Notes: generated from the sequence alone by a model not told the origin. Shown: positions 19,883 through 30,642, counted from the stretch's first letter. The stretch is 64,000 nt of DNA from Sedimentisphaeraceae bacterium JB056 (GCA_044440125.1 JBITAJ010000021.1:64001-128000); one strand, 5' to 3'. Program-made: numbers and translations.

Positions 19883-22351
19883 TTACATACCGCCAACGCA
19901 ACCTTGTTCATAAGGCATCGAACACCGCATCCATGATTGGGCAAAATCCGCAAGATCTTTCACATTAACTACACAATCTTCATTAATATCGCCAGAAATA
20001 GTATATGCGCAATTACCAATACCAAGATTGACATCAACACCATTAGCTGTCCAAACCATCTCATCTGTTCTGTCTGGCCAATTTATAGTAATTTTTCTCC
20101 CTTGAGCAACATCAGAGAAAGTTACATCAGGAAGCGTCTGGCTATTATAATGAGGCATCATAAACGTAATAAATCGAGGATTAACTGATTCGCAACTTGC
20201 CCTAAGTCTTGGGAACGATTCTGGAACTCTGCCATCATCAGGCTCATAAAAGTCAAACCCATAACTTATAGTCGATACCCCATCCATAATAACCTGCATA
20301 GCCGAATCAGCCGGAAAGAAAGTCATTGGAGATGTCACCAAAGCTTGTGACGCTTTGAAAAAAAAGCCCGGAGTAAACGGAGTTATTGGAGCACTCTGAC
20401 TGAGATTATCAGTAAGAAATGCTGCGGCAAGCTGCGATCCAGTCTCTCTTGTCTTAAACTTTATTTGATGAGTACCCGCTTCCAACTCAAATGAGACATG
20501 CAATTTCTCTGAAGTATCACTAACCTTTTCCCATGTCCATAAACGATCGGAATTTTGGCTGAAGTACCAATTAAACTCGTCCTGTTCATCAATCTGAACC
20601 TTAAAAGAATCTGACCCGCTAACAAATTCACCGTTAGCACGAACTCTACCCCAGAGTTCATACGTACCGGCCTCTGCAATATCTACAGTCCACACTGCTA
20701 ATCCTGTCCCACTCGTACCTTCAGGTGTTTCTACATATTCCAGCGGCATCACAATTGGATTATCTCCAGATATATCAATATCCATATTATCCCAGCTTAA
20801 AAGCTGCCATGTGTAATCATGGCTATTCTGATCTTTTTCAATATCATCAAAGACAACGGCATATGCAGGCTTACCTGAATGTTGACGTACATATACAGTA
20901 TGTCTCAATGCATGCTCTACAACCGCACCAGGCTGATCATAATTATTTGTATTGTAAGCTAACGTAGCATCTGCAAGAGCATACCCATAATTAGGATAAT
21001 TATAATAGGCAGATATTTCACCATCAGTTCCATAACTGGCTCCTGAAAGCGACTGCCCTGCACCATCAACAAGAATACAGTTGTGTGCTACAGTCTGGCA
21101 TCTTCCATTAACGTCACGATTATTACCATAAATAGTGTCTGCTGCCCATATATGACCTAATCCATAAAAGCCGAAATGTCCCTTATCTGCCTGATTATGC
21201 GTAACATCATAATAAGGCCCCGCCTCTATCGTAAACAGCGTATCTTCAACTTGCCAACCACTTCTAAACGCAGCAAGCCCTCTTTGCACGAAATGTTCAT
21301 TTAAAGGCTCCTCCGAATCCGTCACAGATAATGGAGTTACATCATTGTCCCAAATGATTCTCAAAGGCGAGTAACCACCAATATGATAATCCTGCTCCCA
21401 ATATTGCTGTGCCTCATCCCATAACCATCTCAAAAGTGAACTGTCGATTCCCTCAGAAAGCCTTAAAATAGAAACATCAAAACCATAAGAGTATCTTGAA
21501 TCATTACGTCCTTCGTAAACAGCCATGCCCGGCAAACGTATCTGGGCTAAATAGTGTGCAATCTGGCTCAAGTTTGCATTTGTAAATATATCAACTGACT
21601 TGTTTCTTTTCAAAGCATCAGCAAGAGCAATTGCATTCGAAAAACCATACTGCATATAGTCATGCCCCTCAAAATACGCACCTTTCTGGTCAAAACCCAT
21701 ATTGAACCATTCCAAAATAGAATTCTCAGCAACCGATATCCATGCAGGAGCATCATCTGGATAAACATCTTCCATGACTATAGCCAGAAGCCCCATCCCC
21801 CCATAACCAACACCCATAAAATTATGATACGGTCCCCAATTGCCAAACTCAACGCTCCACTCTATGTACTCTCTTGCAACTGTCTCGATTTTGGCCTTCT
21901 GTTCAACAGTCATTGCCGAATAGAGCCAGTCGTAACCAACGGCAAGCGTTCGCATCATGTCAAGGTTCATATCAAGCAAACTTCCTTCCGGAGCTTCATA
22001 ATCAGCCGCTGATGCCAAAATAGCCGCTCCATGATTACCATAAAACGGATTGCCTGTAATCTGGTAAACAAACCCTATAGTTTCAACCCAACCCTGCACA
22101 TCCCTGCCATACCAGCCATAATCACCGTCAACAAACCACGAAGACGTCGGATCAACATACTCAGGAGAAGACACCGTACAATAATCGTTAGCCTTCTGCA
22201 ATATTGCCTGCCATACGGGCTCAAGCTCAGGTTCATGTATCCTTTGCCTCAATTCAGATACGTCAGAGGAAGTAAAAAAAAGTTTTGGACTTGATGCAAA
22301 ACAGGAAACTGACGCCGCACCAAGTAAAATTACACATAAAAGCTTTTTCAT
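19883..22351 (-). CDS. Heparinase II/III-like polysaccharide lyase with inserted CBM-like domain and C-terminal dockerin-like tag
   Basis: PKLFF, PYHNF, EGHDY, RSGW, HNQADKGHF, HNCILVDGAGQ; C-terminus CAYTISGDINEDCVVNVKDLADFAQSWMRC. Confidence 0.75.
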   Translation of the reverse strand: MKKLLCVILLGAASVSCFASSPKLFFTSSDVSELRQRIHEPELEPVWQAILQKANDYCTVSSPEYVDPTSSWFVDGDYGWYGRDVQGWVETIGFVYQITGNPFYGNHGAAILASAADYEAPEGSLLDMNLDMMRTLAVGYDWLYSAMTVEQKAKIETVAREYIEWSVEFGNWGPYHNFMGVGYGGMGLLAIVMEDVYPDDAPAWISVAENSILEWFNMGFDQKGAYFEGHDYMQYGFSNAIALADALKRNKSVDIFTNANLSQIAHYLAQIRLPGMAVYEGRNDSRYSYGFDVSILRLSEGIDSSLLRWLWDEAQQYWEQDYHIGGYSPLRIIWDNDVTPLSVTDSEEPLNEHFVQRGLAAFRSGWQVEDTLFTIEAGPYYDVTHNQADKGHFGFYGLGHIWAADTIYGNNRDVNGRCQTVAHNCILVDGAGQSLSGASYGTDGEISAYYNYPNYGYALADATLAYNTNNYDQPGAVVEHALRHTVYVRQHSGKPAYAVVFDDIEKDQNSHDYTWQLLSWDNMDIDISGDNPIVMPLEYVETPEGTSGTGLAVWTVDIAEAGTYELWGRVRANGEFVSGSDSFKVQIDEQDEFNWYFSQNSDRLWTWEKVSDTSEKLHVSFELEAGTHQIKFKTRETGSQLAAAFLTDNLSQSAPITPFTPGFFFKASQALVTSPMTFFPADSAMQVIMDGVSTISYGFDFYEPDDGRVPESFPRLRASCESVNPRFITFMMPHYNSQTLPDVTFSDVAQGRKITINWPDRTDEMVWTANGVDVNLGIGNCAYTISGDINEDCVVNVKDLADFAQSWMRCSMPYEQGCVGGM

Positions 22352-22384
22352 TGTATCTTCCTTAAATTAGTCAACTTTTTCAAA

Positions 22385-24202
22385 TCACTCAACTTTCAGC
22401 ACAATCTTTTCTCCGTCATAATTTATCGCAACCTCACCGCTTCCCCATTCTGAATAAGCGAAAGGACTAACAAATCTGGGGTAATCGAGGTTTTCATCTC
22501 TGCCATTATGACGACGTTTACCATCTATATCAATCTCCAGAACCCCCTCTGATTTGGAGCTGTAAACAAAGTACATTTTCTCTTTGTTGAATTCGGCTTT
22601 ATTGCTTGTAAGCTCATTGATAAACTGCTCAAAGCTTTTATCATCAAGGTTTGCCGTCTCACATACAACAGCGTGCTTGCTTCCCTCGCAGATTATCTCT
22701 TCATCTTTATATCTACCTTCAGTTACCCATTTATACGGGCTCGAAAACCGCAGGCCTACGGCACTTTTGCCATATCTGCCAAATATCCAATTACCCCTTT
22801 CGACAATCTCGTCAAACCTTTGACGGGGGAAATAAGCATGAATATACTGATAGGTCATCCGCGGCTCAATATCATAAAGAGCAATAAGAGCATTTCTTTG
22901 CTGGAAAAACTGCCCACCGCTTCCTATCCAGTACCTGCCTGGTTCACCGTCATCGGGCCCCAGTGGGTGGCCAGTAAATACTCTCAGAAGCGTATCGCCA
23001 ACAAATGAGAGATCCCACTGATGTTGCTGATGGTTTCTGTACCATGCGCCAGCATGGCCTTCGGGATAATCATCCTGATACTGCACACAGCCCATTATGT
23101 ATTTGGGCGTTACGTATGTATATTTGCGTATGCTCCCCTCAAGAGGCTCAAAAGGCCGAGGATCCAAAACATTGTGCAGATGTACGCGTTCGAGGTTAAC
23201 ATAAGGTTCTCGCTCTCCCCTGGCCAACTTGACAATAAGAGGAAGAGGACGGTATTCAGTACCGTAAAAATGAATCATCGGAAAATGACTTCTGCTGAGT
23301 TGGTTATTATCAAAATAAAGATAATTGATCAAATATGATGCCGGCGTTTTATGGTCAAATCCACTCTTAGGACCGCCTCTGCCGCGTGCTCCGCCGTAGA
23401 TTCCCTCAACAGAATTAATCGCCATGCCGAGTGTAAGCATATCAAGGTTAAGCCGAGCAAGTTCTTTTATTTTTTGATCTGGTGAGAAATCATAGAGGTT
23501 CAGCATACACTCAAACTGAGCATGAATATATGCGGAGTCAAACTCTCCCCATCCTTTTTCAGTCCGAAACCGCATAAAATCAAGCAACCAGTTTTTATCC
23601 TGAACTGCCAGAACAGCCGCTTCATCCCTGTAATTCTCGAACCACCTGTGATAAATACCGTCTTTCATATAAATCGTACCAATGGTTTCATCAGTGTATT
23701 CACCGCTCGGGAAGTCCTCCGGCGGCAATGCCAACGTTGAAGCCATCAGATAACGGCTCGAACGGAAAAGCAGGTAATGGTTTTCGGAAGGGAAAATGCT
23801 CTTAAAATCATATTCGGTAAAGAACTTCTCTATAGCTTGTTTTGTTTCGAGGTAAAGATTGTCATTATCTTTTGTCAGATAATAGAGACGACAAAGGGTC
23901 GCCGCGGCGAAATCTACTTCACCATCAAGCATTCTACCTCTGGGATGCGGATGTTCAAACCACTGAGCAACTTCTTTCACTATCGCATTAACCTCATCAA
24001 GATCAACGCCTTTTACCAGTCTCAAGGCCGCATTTCTGCCATAAACATCATCTTTCCGGCTTTGAGGTGCACCCTGAAGCTGTTCTTGTACAAGATTATT
24101 AAATCTTTTTTGATAACCATTTTCAACTTCACCAATAGAGCTATTTATAAAAAACACAATTACACATATGCTGAAAGCTATTAAATGAGTGTGGTTTAAC
24201 AT
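22385..24202 (-). CDS. Secreted hypothetical protein (helical N-terminus, beta-rich C-terminus)
   Basis: Long ORF co-oriented in the operon; signal-like N-terminus; SENHYLL, GWGEFDSAY motifs; no family confidently recognised. Confidence 0.6.
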   Translation of the reverse strand: MLNHTHLIAFSICVIVFFINSSIGEVENGYQKRFNNLVQEQLQGAPQSRKDDVYGRNAALRLVKGVDLDEVNAIVKEVAQWFEHPHPRGRMLDGEVDFAAATLCRLYYLTKDNDNLYLETKQAIEKFFTEYDFKSIFPSENHYLLFRSSRYLMASTLALPPEDFPSGEYTDETIGTIYMKDGIYHRWFENYRDEAAVLAVQDKNWLLDFMRFRTEKGWGEFDSAYIHAQFECMLNLYDFSPDQKIKELARLNLDMLTLGMAINSVEGIYGGARGRGGPKSGFDHKTPASYLINYLYFDNNQLSRSHFPMIHFYGTEYRPLPLIVKLARGEREPYVNLERVHLHNVLDPRPFEPLEGSIRKYTYVTPKYIMGCVQYQDDYPEGHAGAWYRNHQQHQWDLSFVGDTLLRVFTGHPLGPDDGEPGRYWIGSGGQFFQQRNALIALYDIEPRMTYQYIHAYFPRQRFDEIVERGNWIFGRYGKSAVGLRFSSPYKWVTEGRYKDEEIICEGSKHAVVCETANLDDKSFEQFINELTSNKAEFNKEKMYFVYSSKSEGVLEIDIDGKRRHNGRDENLDYPRFVSPFAYSEWGSGEVAINYDGEKIVLKVE

Positions 24203-24294
24203 CTTGTTTCCTGTTCACCGAAAATTGTCATAAAAAGTTAAAATCGTTATTGTAAAATGTACGGCAGTAAGCAAAGTAAAACACATACTACCAT

Positions 24295-24329
24295 TTAACT
24301 CCCCGTGTGTATAGAACACGGGGAGTTAA
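24295..24329 (-). terminator. Stem-loop downstream of the LamG-heparinase gene
   Basis: TTAACTCCCCGTGT-gtataga-ACACGGGGAGTTAA, 14-bp perfect stem. Confidence 0.7.
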
Positions 24330-24335
24330 TATATA

Positions 24336-27300
24336 TCATTGATCTATATCGCATGTAACACCGCTTGATGTCCATGTCATTTCGTCTGTCCTGTCTGCCC
24401 AGGTAACAGTAATCTTCCTGCATCCCTGCACATCCGTAAATGTTACGGCAGGCGCTGTCTGATTACTATAACACGGCATCATAAAAGCGATAAACTTAGG
24501 AGCTACCGCATTGCAGCTGGCTCTCAATCTCGGGAACAACTCAGGCACTCTGCCATCGTCAGGCTCATAGAAGTCAAACCCATAACTTATCGTTGAAGCT
24601 CCATCCATTACCACTTTCATTGACGAATCAGCCGGATAAAATTCCATTGGCAAGGTAACCGTCGCATCTTCCGCTTTCAAATATATCCCCTGATCCTGCG
24701 GCAGTACCGGAGCACTCTGGCTTAGATTGCTGGTAAGAAACGCTGCTGCTAATTGAGCACCGGTCTCACGTGTTTTTATCTTTATCTGATGAGTTCCAGC
24801 AGTAAGAGAGAAAGAAACATACGATTTTGAAGAAGTATCAGTTACTTTTTCCCATGTCCACAAACGATCAGATGTTTGCGTTAGATACCAGTTAATATCC
24901 GTCATGCTGTCAATCTGAACCTTGAAAGAATCCGAACCGCTAACAGATTCGCCATTAGCCCGCACTCTGCCCCAAAGCTCATAAGTACCGGTCTGTGGCA
25001 CCGTTATGGTCCACACTGCCGAGCCCGTCCCGCTTGTTCCTTCAGGCGTTTCAACATATTCCATCGGTATAACGACAGGATTGGCTCCTGAGATATCTAT
25101 ATCCATATTATCCCAGCTCAAAAGCTGCCATGTATAACTATGACTGCTCTGATCTTTCTGGATGTCGTCAAAAACTACCGCATACGCTGGTTTGTCTTGG
25201 GTCGGACGAACATAAACAGAGTGTCTTATCGCATGATCGACCACCGCCCCGCTTTGTCCTTCACTGTTTATGTTATAGGCGGAGGTTGCATCGGCAACGA
25301 CATAACCGTAATCGCTATAATTTGCATACGTAAGAATCTCACCATCAGTTCCATAGCTTGCACCTGTAAGTGCCTGACCGACACCGTCAACCAATATACA
25401 ATTATGTGCAACCGTCTGGCATCTGCCGTTCAGGTCACGATTGTTGCCATAGATAGTATCAGCCGCCCACATATGCCCCAAGCCATAAAAGCCAAAATGT
25501 CCTTTATCTGCCTGATTATGCGTAACATCATAATACGGACCGGCCTCCATAGTAAAGAGAGTGTCATCGGTATCCCAACCACTTCTAAAAGTAACCAAAC
25601 CTCGCTGCGTAAAATGTTCAGCAAGAGGTTCGTTCGCCTGATCAATATCCAGCGGAGTAATATCATTGTCCCAAACGATCCTAAGAGGAGAATAACCACC
25701 TACATGATAGTCTTCTTCCCAATACAACTCCGACCTATTCCACATCCATTTCAAGAGCGGACTATTTACAGCATTCATAAAACTCAAAATACTGACATTC
25801 ATATCTGTAGAATATCTCGAATCGTTCCTGCCCTCATACGTATCCATTCCCGGCAGCCGTATCATAGAAAGATAATGCTCAATCATGCCTACGTGGGAAT
25901 GCAGAATAAGATTGCTGCGTTTGGTCGCACGCAAAGCATCGGCGAAAGCGATACCATTTGACAAACCGTAATACATGTAATCATGCCCTTCAACATACGC
26001 ACCTGTTTGGTCAAAACCGTTATCAAACCAGTCTTCGACGTAACTTTCAGCATCGGCTATCCATTGCGGCGAATCATCGGGGTACACGTCTTCCATTACC
26101 AAGGCCAGCAAACCTGTACCGCCAAATGCCACACCGTTGAAATTATGGTAAGGTGTCCAGAGCGTCGGCGGAAAATAGTCAAAACTCCACTCTATATAAT
26201 CCAATGCACAAGCTTCAACAGCAGCCTTCTGATCAGCCGTCATTGCGTCTGATAGCCAGTCGTAACCAACTGCAAGAGTTCGCATCATATCGATATTCAT
26301 CGGCAGTAAACTTCCAACTGGTGCTTCATAGGCGGTTGAAGCCTCTAAAATAGCAGCACCATGCTTACCGTAGAATGAATCTCCTGTCATCTGATATGCA
26401 AAACCTATCGTCTCTACCCAGCCTTGCAAATCGCGGCCATACCAGCCGTAATCACCTTCAGTGAACCATGACGACTGGGGATCGATATAGTCAGCTGAAG
26501 TCGGCGTACAATAATCATCCGCCTTCTGCAATATCTCATCCCATATCGGCTCAATATCATTCTCTTGCAGCTTTTGCCTAAGCGTAAGAATATCTGCAGA
26601 AGTAAAGAAAAGTTTAGGCGAACCTCCACGGAAATCAGTAAAACATACAGAAACTTCATCTATAAAACCGTCAAAGTTACGATTATCTGTATACTTACAA
26701 CCTACATATATTCTTTTATCAGTTTGAATACTTACTCCATTGTTGAGGCTTCTGGTATCAGTGCTGCCATCAACATCAAGTACGAGAGTATCATCCTGAG
26801 TTGATGCAGTCATCACCAGATGCGTCCATTGTCCTTTAGCATAGGATACACTTGCTACCGCATAACCGCCAGTCGTGCCAAAAACGTAAGCTTTAACCAC
26901 ATTATTTACGCTGTTAAGACGTATCTCCCAAACCGACCCTTCTGCTGCCGAGATAAGAGTCTGATCCGTGCTTATACCGGTGTTCTGATTGAACCAGAGT
27001 TCAACGCGCACTGAATCATAACCGTTCCACACATCATTGCAAAGCATCATCTGTTTTGCCGAGCTGGAAAACTGCATGGCCTCTTCAAACTTGCCGCCCC
27101 CACCTGTCGTCAGAGTTGGGTATTTGCTCACAGTATTTGCATTATCGCCTAATGCAATATTATAAGCGGTGCGGGGAGACGCGATATTATCATCCGGAAC
27201 ACATGGCCGCTGCGACAATCCGACCGGAATCGTCTCATCCATATGCCATAAGACCACTGCTGGTGAAGCAGGTAACGACACCTTTACTTCATCTATCAAA

Positions 27301-27992
27301 CCATCAAAATGTCGACTTCCGGTTTGTTTACATCCTACATATATCCTTTTGCCGGTTTGTATATTCATTCCGCCGTTAAGTGCGGTAATATCAAAATCAC
27401 CGTCAACGTTGAGCACAAGGACGTCTTCACATGCCGAAGCCGTCATGACCACATGCATCCATTGCCCTTTGGTATAAGAAACCGTCGCATCAGCGTATCC
27501 GCCACTGGTACCAAAAACATAAGCCTTCGCCACGCTATTGGTACTGTCAAGCCGTATCTCCCAAACCGAACCTTCCATAGCAGAAATCAATGTTTGCTCA
27601 CCGGAAGCTGAAGTATCTTGTTTGAACCAAAGTTCAACACGTACAGCATTATGTCCATTCCATACATCATTTCGCAACATCATCTGACCGGATGCACTGG
27701 AAAACTGCATCGCCTCATCAAACATTCCACCATCTCCTGTAGTCAATGCAGGACGAGTACCGGGAGTATCTGAATTGTCCCCCAGCGCAAGATGGTAAGC
27801 AGTACGGGATGTTTCAGAGTTATCATCCGGAACATAAGGCCTCTGAGAGGCTCCAATTGGAATTGTTTCATCCATATGCCAAAGAGCGATCGTGGTTGAA
27901 TCATCAACCAATGCTCCAGCAAATGCGAATCGGCTAATGAAAACTGAAATAATTATAACAAGTAACTGTACCATCTTGAATTGAATTCTCAT
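24336..27992 (-). CDS. Secreted 2x LamG-like + heparinase II/III-like polysaccharide lyase (with CBM-like insert)
   Basis: Two tandem ALWHMDET...FDGxIDEV domains, then a catalytic region closely similar to 19883..22351. Confidence 0.78.
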   Translation of the reverse strand: MRIQFKMVQLLVIIISVFISRFAFAGALVDDSTTIALWHMDETIPIGASQRPYVPDDNSETSRTAYHLALGDNSDTPGTRPALTTGDGGMFDEAMQFSSASGQMMLRNDVWNGHNAVRVELWFKQDTSASGEQTLISAMEGSVWEIRLDSTNSVAKAYVFGTSGGYADATVSYTKGQWMHVVMTASACEDVLVLNVDGDFDITALNGGMNIQTGKRIYVGCKQTGSRHFDGLIDEVKVSLPASPAVVLWHMDETIPVGLSQRPCVPDDNIASPRTAYNIALGDNANTVSKYPTLTTGGGGKFEEAMQFSSSAKQMMLCNDVWNGYDSVRVELWFNQNTGISTDQTLISAAEGSVWEIRLNSVNNVVKAYVFGTTGGYAVASVSYAKGQWTHLVMTASTQDDTLVLDVDGSTDTRSLNNGVSIQTDKRIYVGCKYTDNRNFDGFIDEVSVCFTDFRGGSPKLFFTSADILTLRQKLQENDIEPIWDEILQKADDYCTPTSADYIDPQSSWFTEGDYGWYGRDLQGWVETIGFAYQMTGDSFYGKHGAAILEASTAYEAPVGSLLPMNIDMMRTLAVGYDWLSDAMTADQKAAVEACALDYIEWSFDYFPPTLWTPYHNFNGVAFGGTGLLALVMEDVYPDDSPQWIADAESYVEDWFDNGFDQTGAYVEGHDYMYYGLSNGIAFADALRATKRSNLILHSHVGMIEHYLSMIRLPGMDTYEGRNDSRYSTDMNVSILSFMNAVNSPLLKWMWNRSELYWEEDYHVGGYSPLRIVWDNDITPLDIDQANEPLAEHFTQRGLVTFRSGWDTDDTLFTMEAGPYYDVTHNQADKGHFGFYGLGHMWAADTIYGNNRDLNGRCQTVAHNCILVDGVGQALTGASYGTDGEILTYANYSDYGYVVADATSAYNINSEGQSGAVVDHAIRHSVYVRPTQDKPAYAVVFDDIQKDQSSHSYTWQLLSWDNMDIDISGANPVVIPMEYVETPEGTSGTGSAVWTITVPQTGTYELWGRVRANGESVSGSDSFKVQIDSMTDINWYLTQTSDRLWTWEKVTDTSSKSYVSFSLTAGTHQIKIKTRETGAQLAAAFLTSNLSQSAPVLPQDQGIYLKAEDATVTLPMEFYPADSSMKVVMDGASTISYGFDFYEPDDGRVPELFPRLRASCNAVAPKFIAFMMPCYSNQTAPAVTFTDVQGCRKITVTWADRTDEMTWTSSGVTCDIDQ

Positions 27993-28051
27993 AATTAAGC
28001 CTCCTTAAAACTATTTATAGTATCCACGTAATATCAAGTGTACTGTAATAA

Positions 28052-28079
28052 AATTCCCCGGATTTTAGGCCGGGGAATT
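28052..28079 (-). terminator. Rho-independent terminator-like hairpin after the CBM9-like gene
   Basis: AATTCCCCGG-attttagg-CCGGGGAATT; minus strand continues into a T-rich tail. Confidence 0.7.
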
Positions 28080-28113
28080 CAATAATACTTTATAAATCTG
28101 TTTGCAAAGAAAA

Positions 28114-28971
28114 TTAGTTGAGATTGCTGCAGTTTGCGTCAACCGGATCGGTACAATTCGCCCAATCAACAGCAACTAAAGCAAAATCGTCCAATCCTAC
28201 GTTGCAGTCCTTATTAACATCACCTGGTGCAATACCCCAAAGTCCACAGTCATCAACGCCTAACAGCGTAATGGTGTTCCAGCCGCTTACGGTACCTATA
28301 CCTGTTACACCGTTTAGGCCGTAGTCAAACATCGTAGTCTCATAATTATCAGAGTCGTAATCCACAACAATAAATCCTATGCCGTGTACATCACCCGGTG
28401 ATACCTGATATCCGTCAAAATCGCTCCACGGTATAGCTATTTCCAACGTATAGCCATCAGCAAGGATTGCACCGCCGATAGCAGCATTAGGTAGTGAGTA
28501 AAGTTCGCCTTCATGCTTGTATATAAAAGGCCCGTTATCATTGGCATCGCTAACGGCAAAATCGTATATCGGAGCATTTGCCTGTGAAACAGCGTCAGGA
28601 TTATTCAGCAGATTAAAGCACATCTGGAAAACATCCTGGCTGTTGAACGGGCCGGGATAATACTGAAGAAAGCTTAAACTCTGATCATAAACTCTTGCAC
28701 CAAGATATAGATTGGAAAAATCCCACTTCATATAAATATCGGCGCTGAAATCAGCGGCATTGTCTGGAACGAAATCACGAAGCGAACCTTCATTCGGCGA
28801 GGTGATTATATCTGGATAAACAATTGAAAAGCTATATGCATCGGCCCATTGAGAAGATATGTCACCGTCAATAGTGGGCGCATCGGTAGCAATTGGGATA
28901 TTGTAGTTAACACCTAAGCAAAGCGATGCCAGGACCAAAACCGTCATAATTTTAAATGATATATGTTTCAT
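28114..28971 (-). CDS. Secreted CBM9/DOMON-like sugar-binding protein with C-terminal dockerin-like tag
   Basis: APTIDG, KWDFSNLYLGARVYD, GYTLEIAIPW; CGLWGIAPGDVNKDCNVGLDDFALVAVDWANCTDP. Confidence 0.75.
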   Translation of the reverse strand: MKHISFKIMTVLVLASLCLGVNYNIPIATDAPTIDGDISSQWADAYSFSIVYPDIITSPNEGSLRDFVPDNAADFSADIYMKWDFSNLYLGARVYDQSLSFLQYYPGPFNSQDVFQMCFNLLNNPDAVSQANAPIYDFAVSDANDNGPFIYKHEGELYSLPNAAIGGAILADGYTLEIAIPWSDFDGYQVSPGDVHGIGFIVVDYDSDNYETTMFDYGLNGVTGIGTVSGWNTITLLGVDDCGLWGIAPGDVNKDCNVGLDDFALVAVDWANCTDPVDANCSNLN

Positions 28972-29001
28972 TTTATATTCTCCTTGTATAAATGGCTCTT
29001 C

Positions 29002-30579
29002 TTAAAATTCAATGCAACCGCTTTGATCCGGTACCGAACAGCTAAGCCAGTTATCGACGATCATTTTCAAATCTTCGATATCAACGTAGCAGTCCTTGTT
29101 AAGGTCACCGGTATGATAACCCCAATAACCACATGGAGCTGCCGTATCTACAGCCTGTGATATCCTCAGTTCATCAATTATTCCGTAGAACAAGTTAGCC
29201 GTAGTGGCCTGTGAACCTACATACAAGTAGCCTACGCCATCTTTTACAGATGTATCAGGCGCTGTATGTGTTTTTACAAGTTCACCATCAAGATACAACT
29301 TTCTATCACCTTCGTACCATTGAGTTGAAATATGATGCCAGCCTGTATGATCAGGATAGTCTACCACCATCGCATGAGCACCAGTGCTCCACCAGTTACT
29401 GGATATCAACTGCCAACCGGAAGCACTGTCCTGCAAGTAAAGAGCAAAACGACTGTTGTGAGTGGTAATATAATATCTCTTGTTGGCTCCGTAAGTACCA
29501 ATAGAATCATCAAGCTTTACCCATGCTTCGATCTTGAAGTTGGTACCGTCAATGCCGAGATTATCATCAGCAATATTTACCCTTGTTGTATGGTTCAGTC
29601 CGTTGAAATACAAAGCACTTCCAAAATCCGCCCCCCAGTTATTAGTCATAGCTGGAACAATTTGAGGACCGGTACCTTCACCCGGCCTTGCAGCACCACC
29701 GTTGTGCAGAAACAACAGATTATATTGACGTGATGGATTAGCTGAGTTATCGTCAACTATATAAAGCTTGTCGGAAGATTCATAAGCCTCATCCATATGC
29801 CACAATGCATAAGTTCCGAAAGCATCCTCGTAAGGCTGTAAATATGCAGTCGATGGAGGAAGCGATACCTTGACTTCATCAATCAAACCGTCAAAATTAC
29901 GGTTATCAGTTTGCTTGCAACCAACATATATTCTTTTTCCTGTTTGAATATTTATACCATTATTAAGATTTCTGGTATCAACACTGCCATCAATATTGAG
30001 CATAAGAACATCTTCGTCCGTCGATGCTGTCAAAACAACATGAGTCCATTGACCTTTTGTATAAGATACAGCCGCCACTGCATACCCGCCTGTCGTACCA
30101 AAGACATAAGCCTTAGCTACGCTATTAGTGCTGTCAAGCCTTATTTCCCATACAGCACCTTCCATTGCGGAAATAACAGTCTGATCACCGGTTGCCGCAA
30201 CATCCTGATTAAACCATAGCTCAACCCTTACCGCATCAAAACCATCCCATGCGCCATTAGCGAGCATCATGTTCTTTGCTGCGCTTGAAAATTGCAAAGC
30301 CTCACCATACATTCCACCATCTCCGGTAGTTAAAGTTGGATATTTGCTCGCAGTATTGGCATTATCGCCTAATGCGATATTATTCGCTGCGCGTGATGTA
30401 ACAGAGTTATCATCAATCACATACGGCCTTTGGGAACTGCCAACCGGCACAGTTTCATCCATATGCCATAAGGCTATGGTTGAGCTATCATCAGTGAGCG
30501 GCTCGGCGAACGTCTGCCCGACCGCAACAACCAACAAAACTGTCAAAAATAATTGTACAATCTTTAATTGCATCTTCAT
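29002..30579 (-). CDS. Secreted 2x LamG-like domain protein with C-terminal dockerin-like tag
   Basis: ALWHMDE twice, KIEAWVK, WHH, LYLDG, FYGIIDELRIS; CGYWGYHTGDLNKDCYVDIEDL. Confidence 0.8.
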   Translation of the reverse strand: MKMQLKIVQLFLTVLLVVAVGQTFAEPLTDDSSTIALWHMDETVPVGSSQRPYVIDDNSVTSRAANNIALGDNANTASKYPTLTTGDGGMYGEALQFSSAAKNMMLANGAWDGFDAVRVELWFNQDVAATGDQTVISAMEGAVWEIRLDSTNSVAKAYVFGTTGGYAVAAVSYTKGQWTHVVLTASTDEDVLMLNIDGSVDTRNLNNGINIQTGKRIYVGCKQTDNRNFDGLIDEVKVSLPPSTAYLQPYEDAFGTYALWHMDEAYESSDKLYIVDDNSANPSRQYNLLFLHNGGAARPGEGTGPQIVPAMTNNWGADFGSALYFNGLNHTTRVNIADDNLGIDGTNFKIEAWVKLDDSIGTYGANKRYYITTHNSRFALYLQDSASGWQLISSNWWSTGAHAMVVDYPDHTGWHHISTQWYEGDRKLYLDGELVKTHTAPDTSVKDGVGYLYVGSQATTANLFYGIIDELRISQAVDTAAPCGYWGYHTGDLNKDCYVDIEDLKMIVDNWLSCSVPDQSGCIEF

Positions 30580-30642
30580 AAAAAACTCCTTAAACGATTA
30601 ATAAAAGTTTACCAAATATCAAATTAGACTTGTCTCGATAGT

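Noticed and set aside
25140..25961. 273-aa plus-strand ORF and the many other short antisense or overlapping ORFs in the track
   Set aside because: They lie opposite or inside well-supported genes and show no recognisable motifs; treated as shadow ORFs
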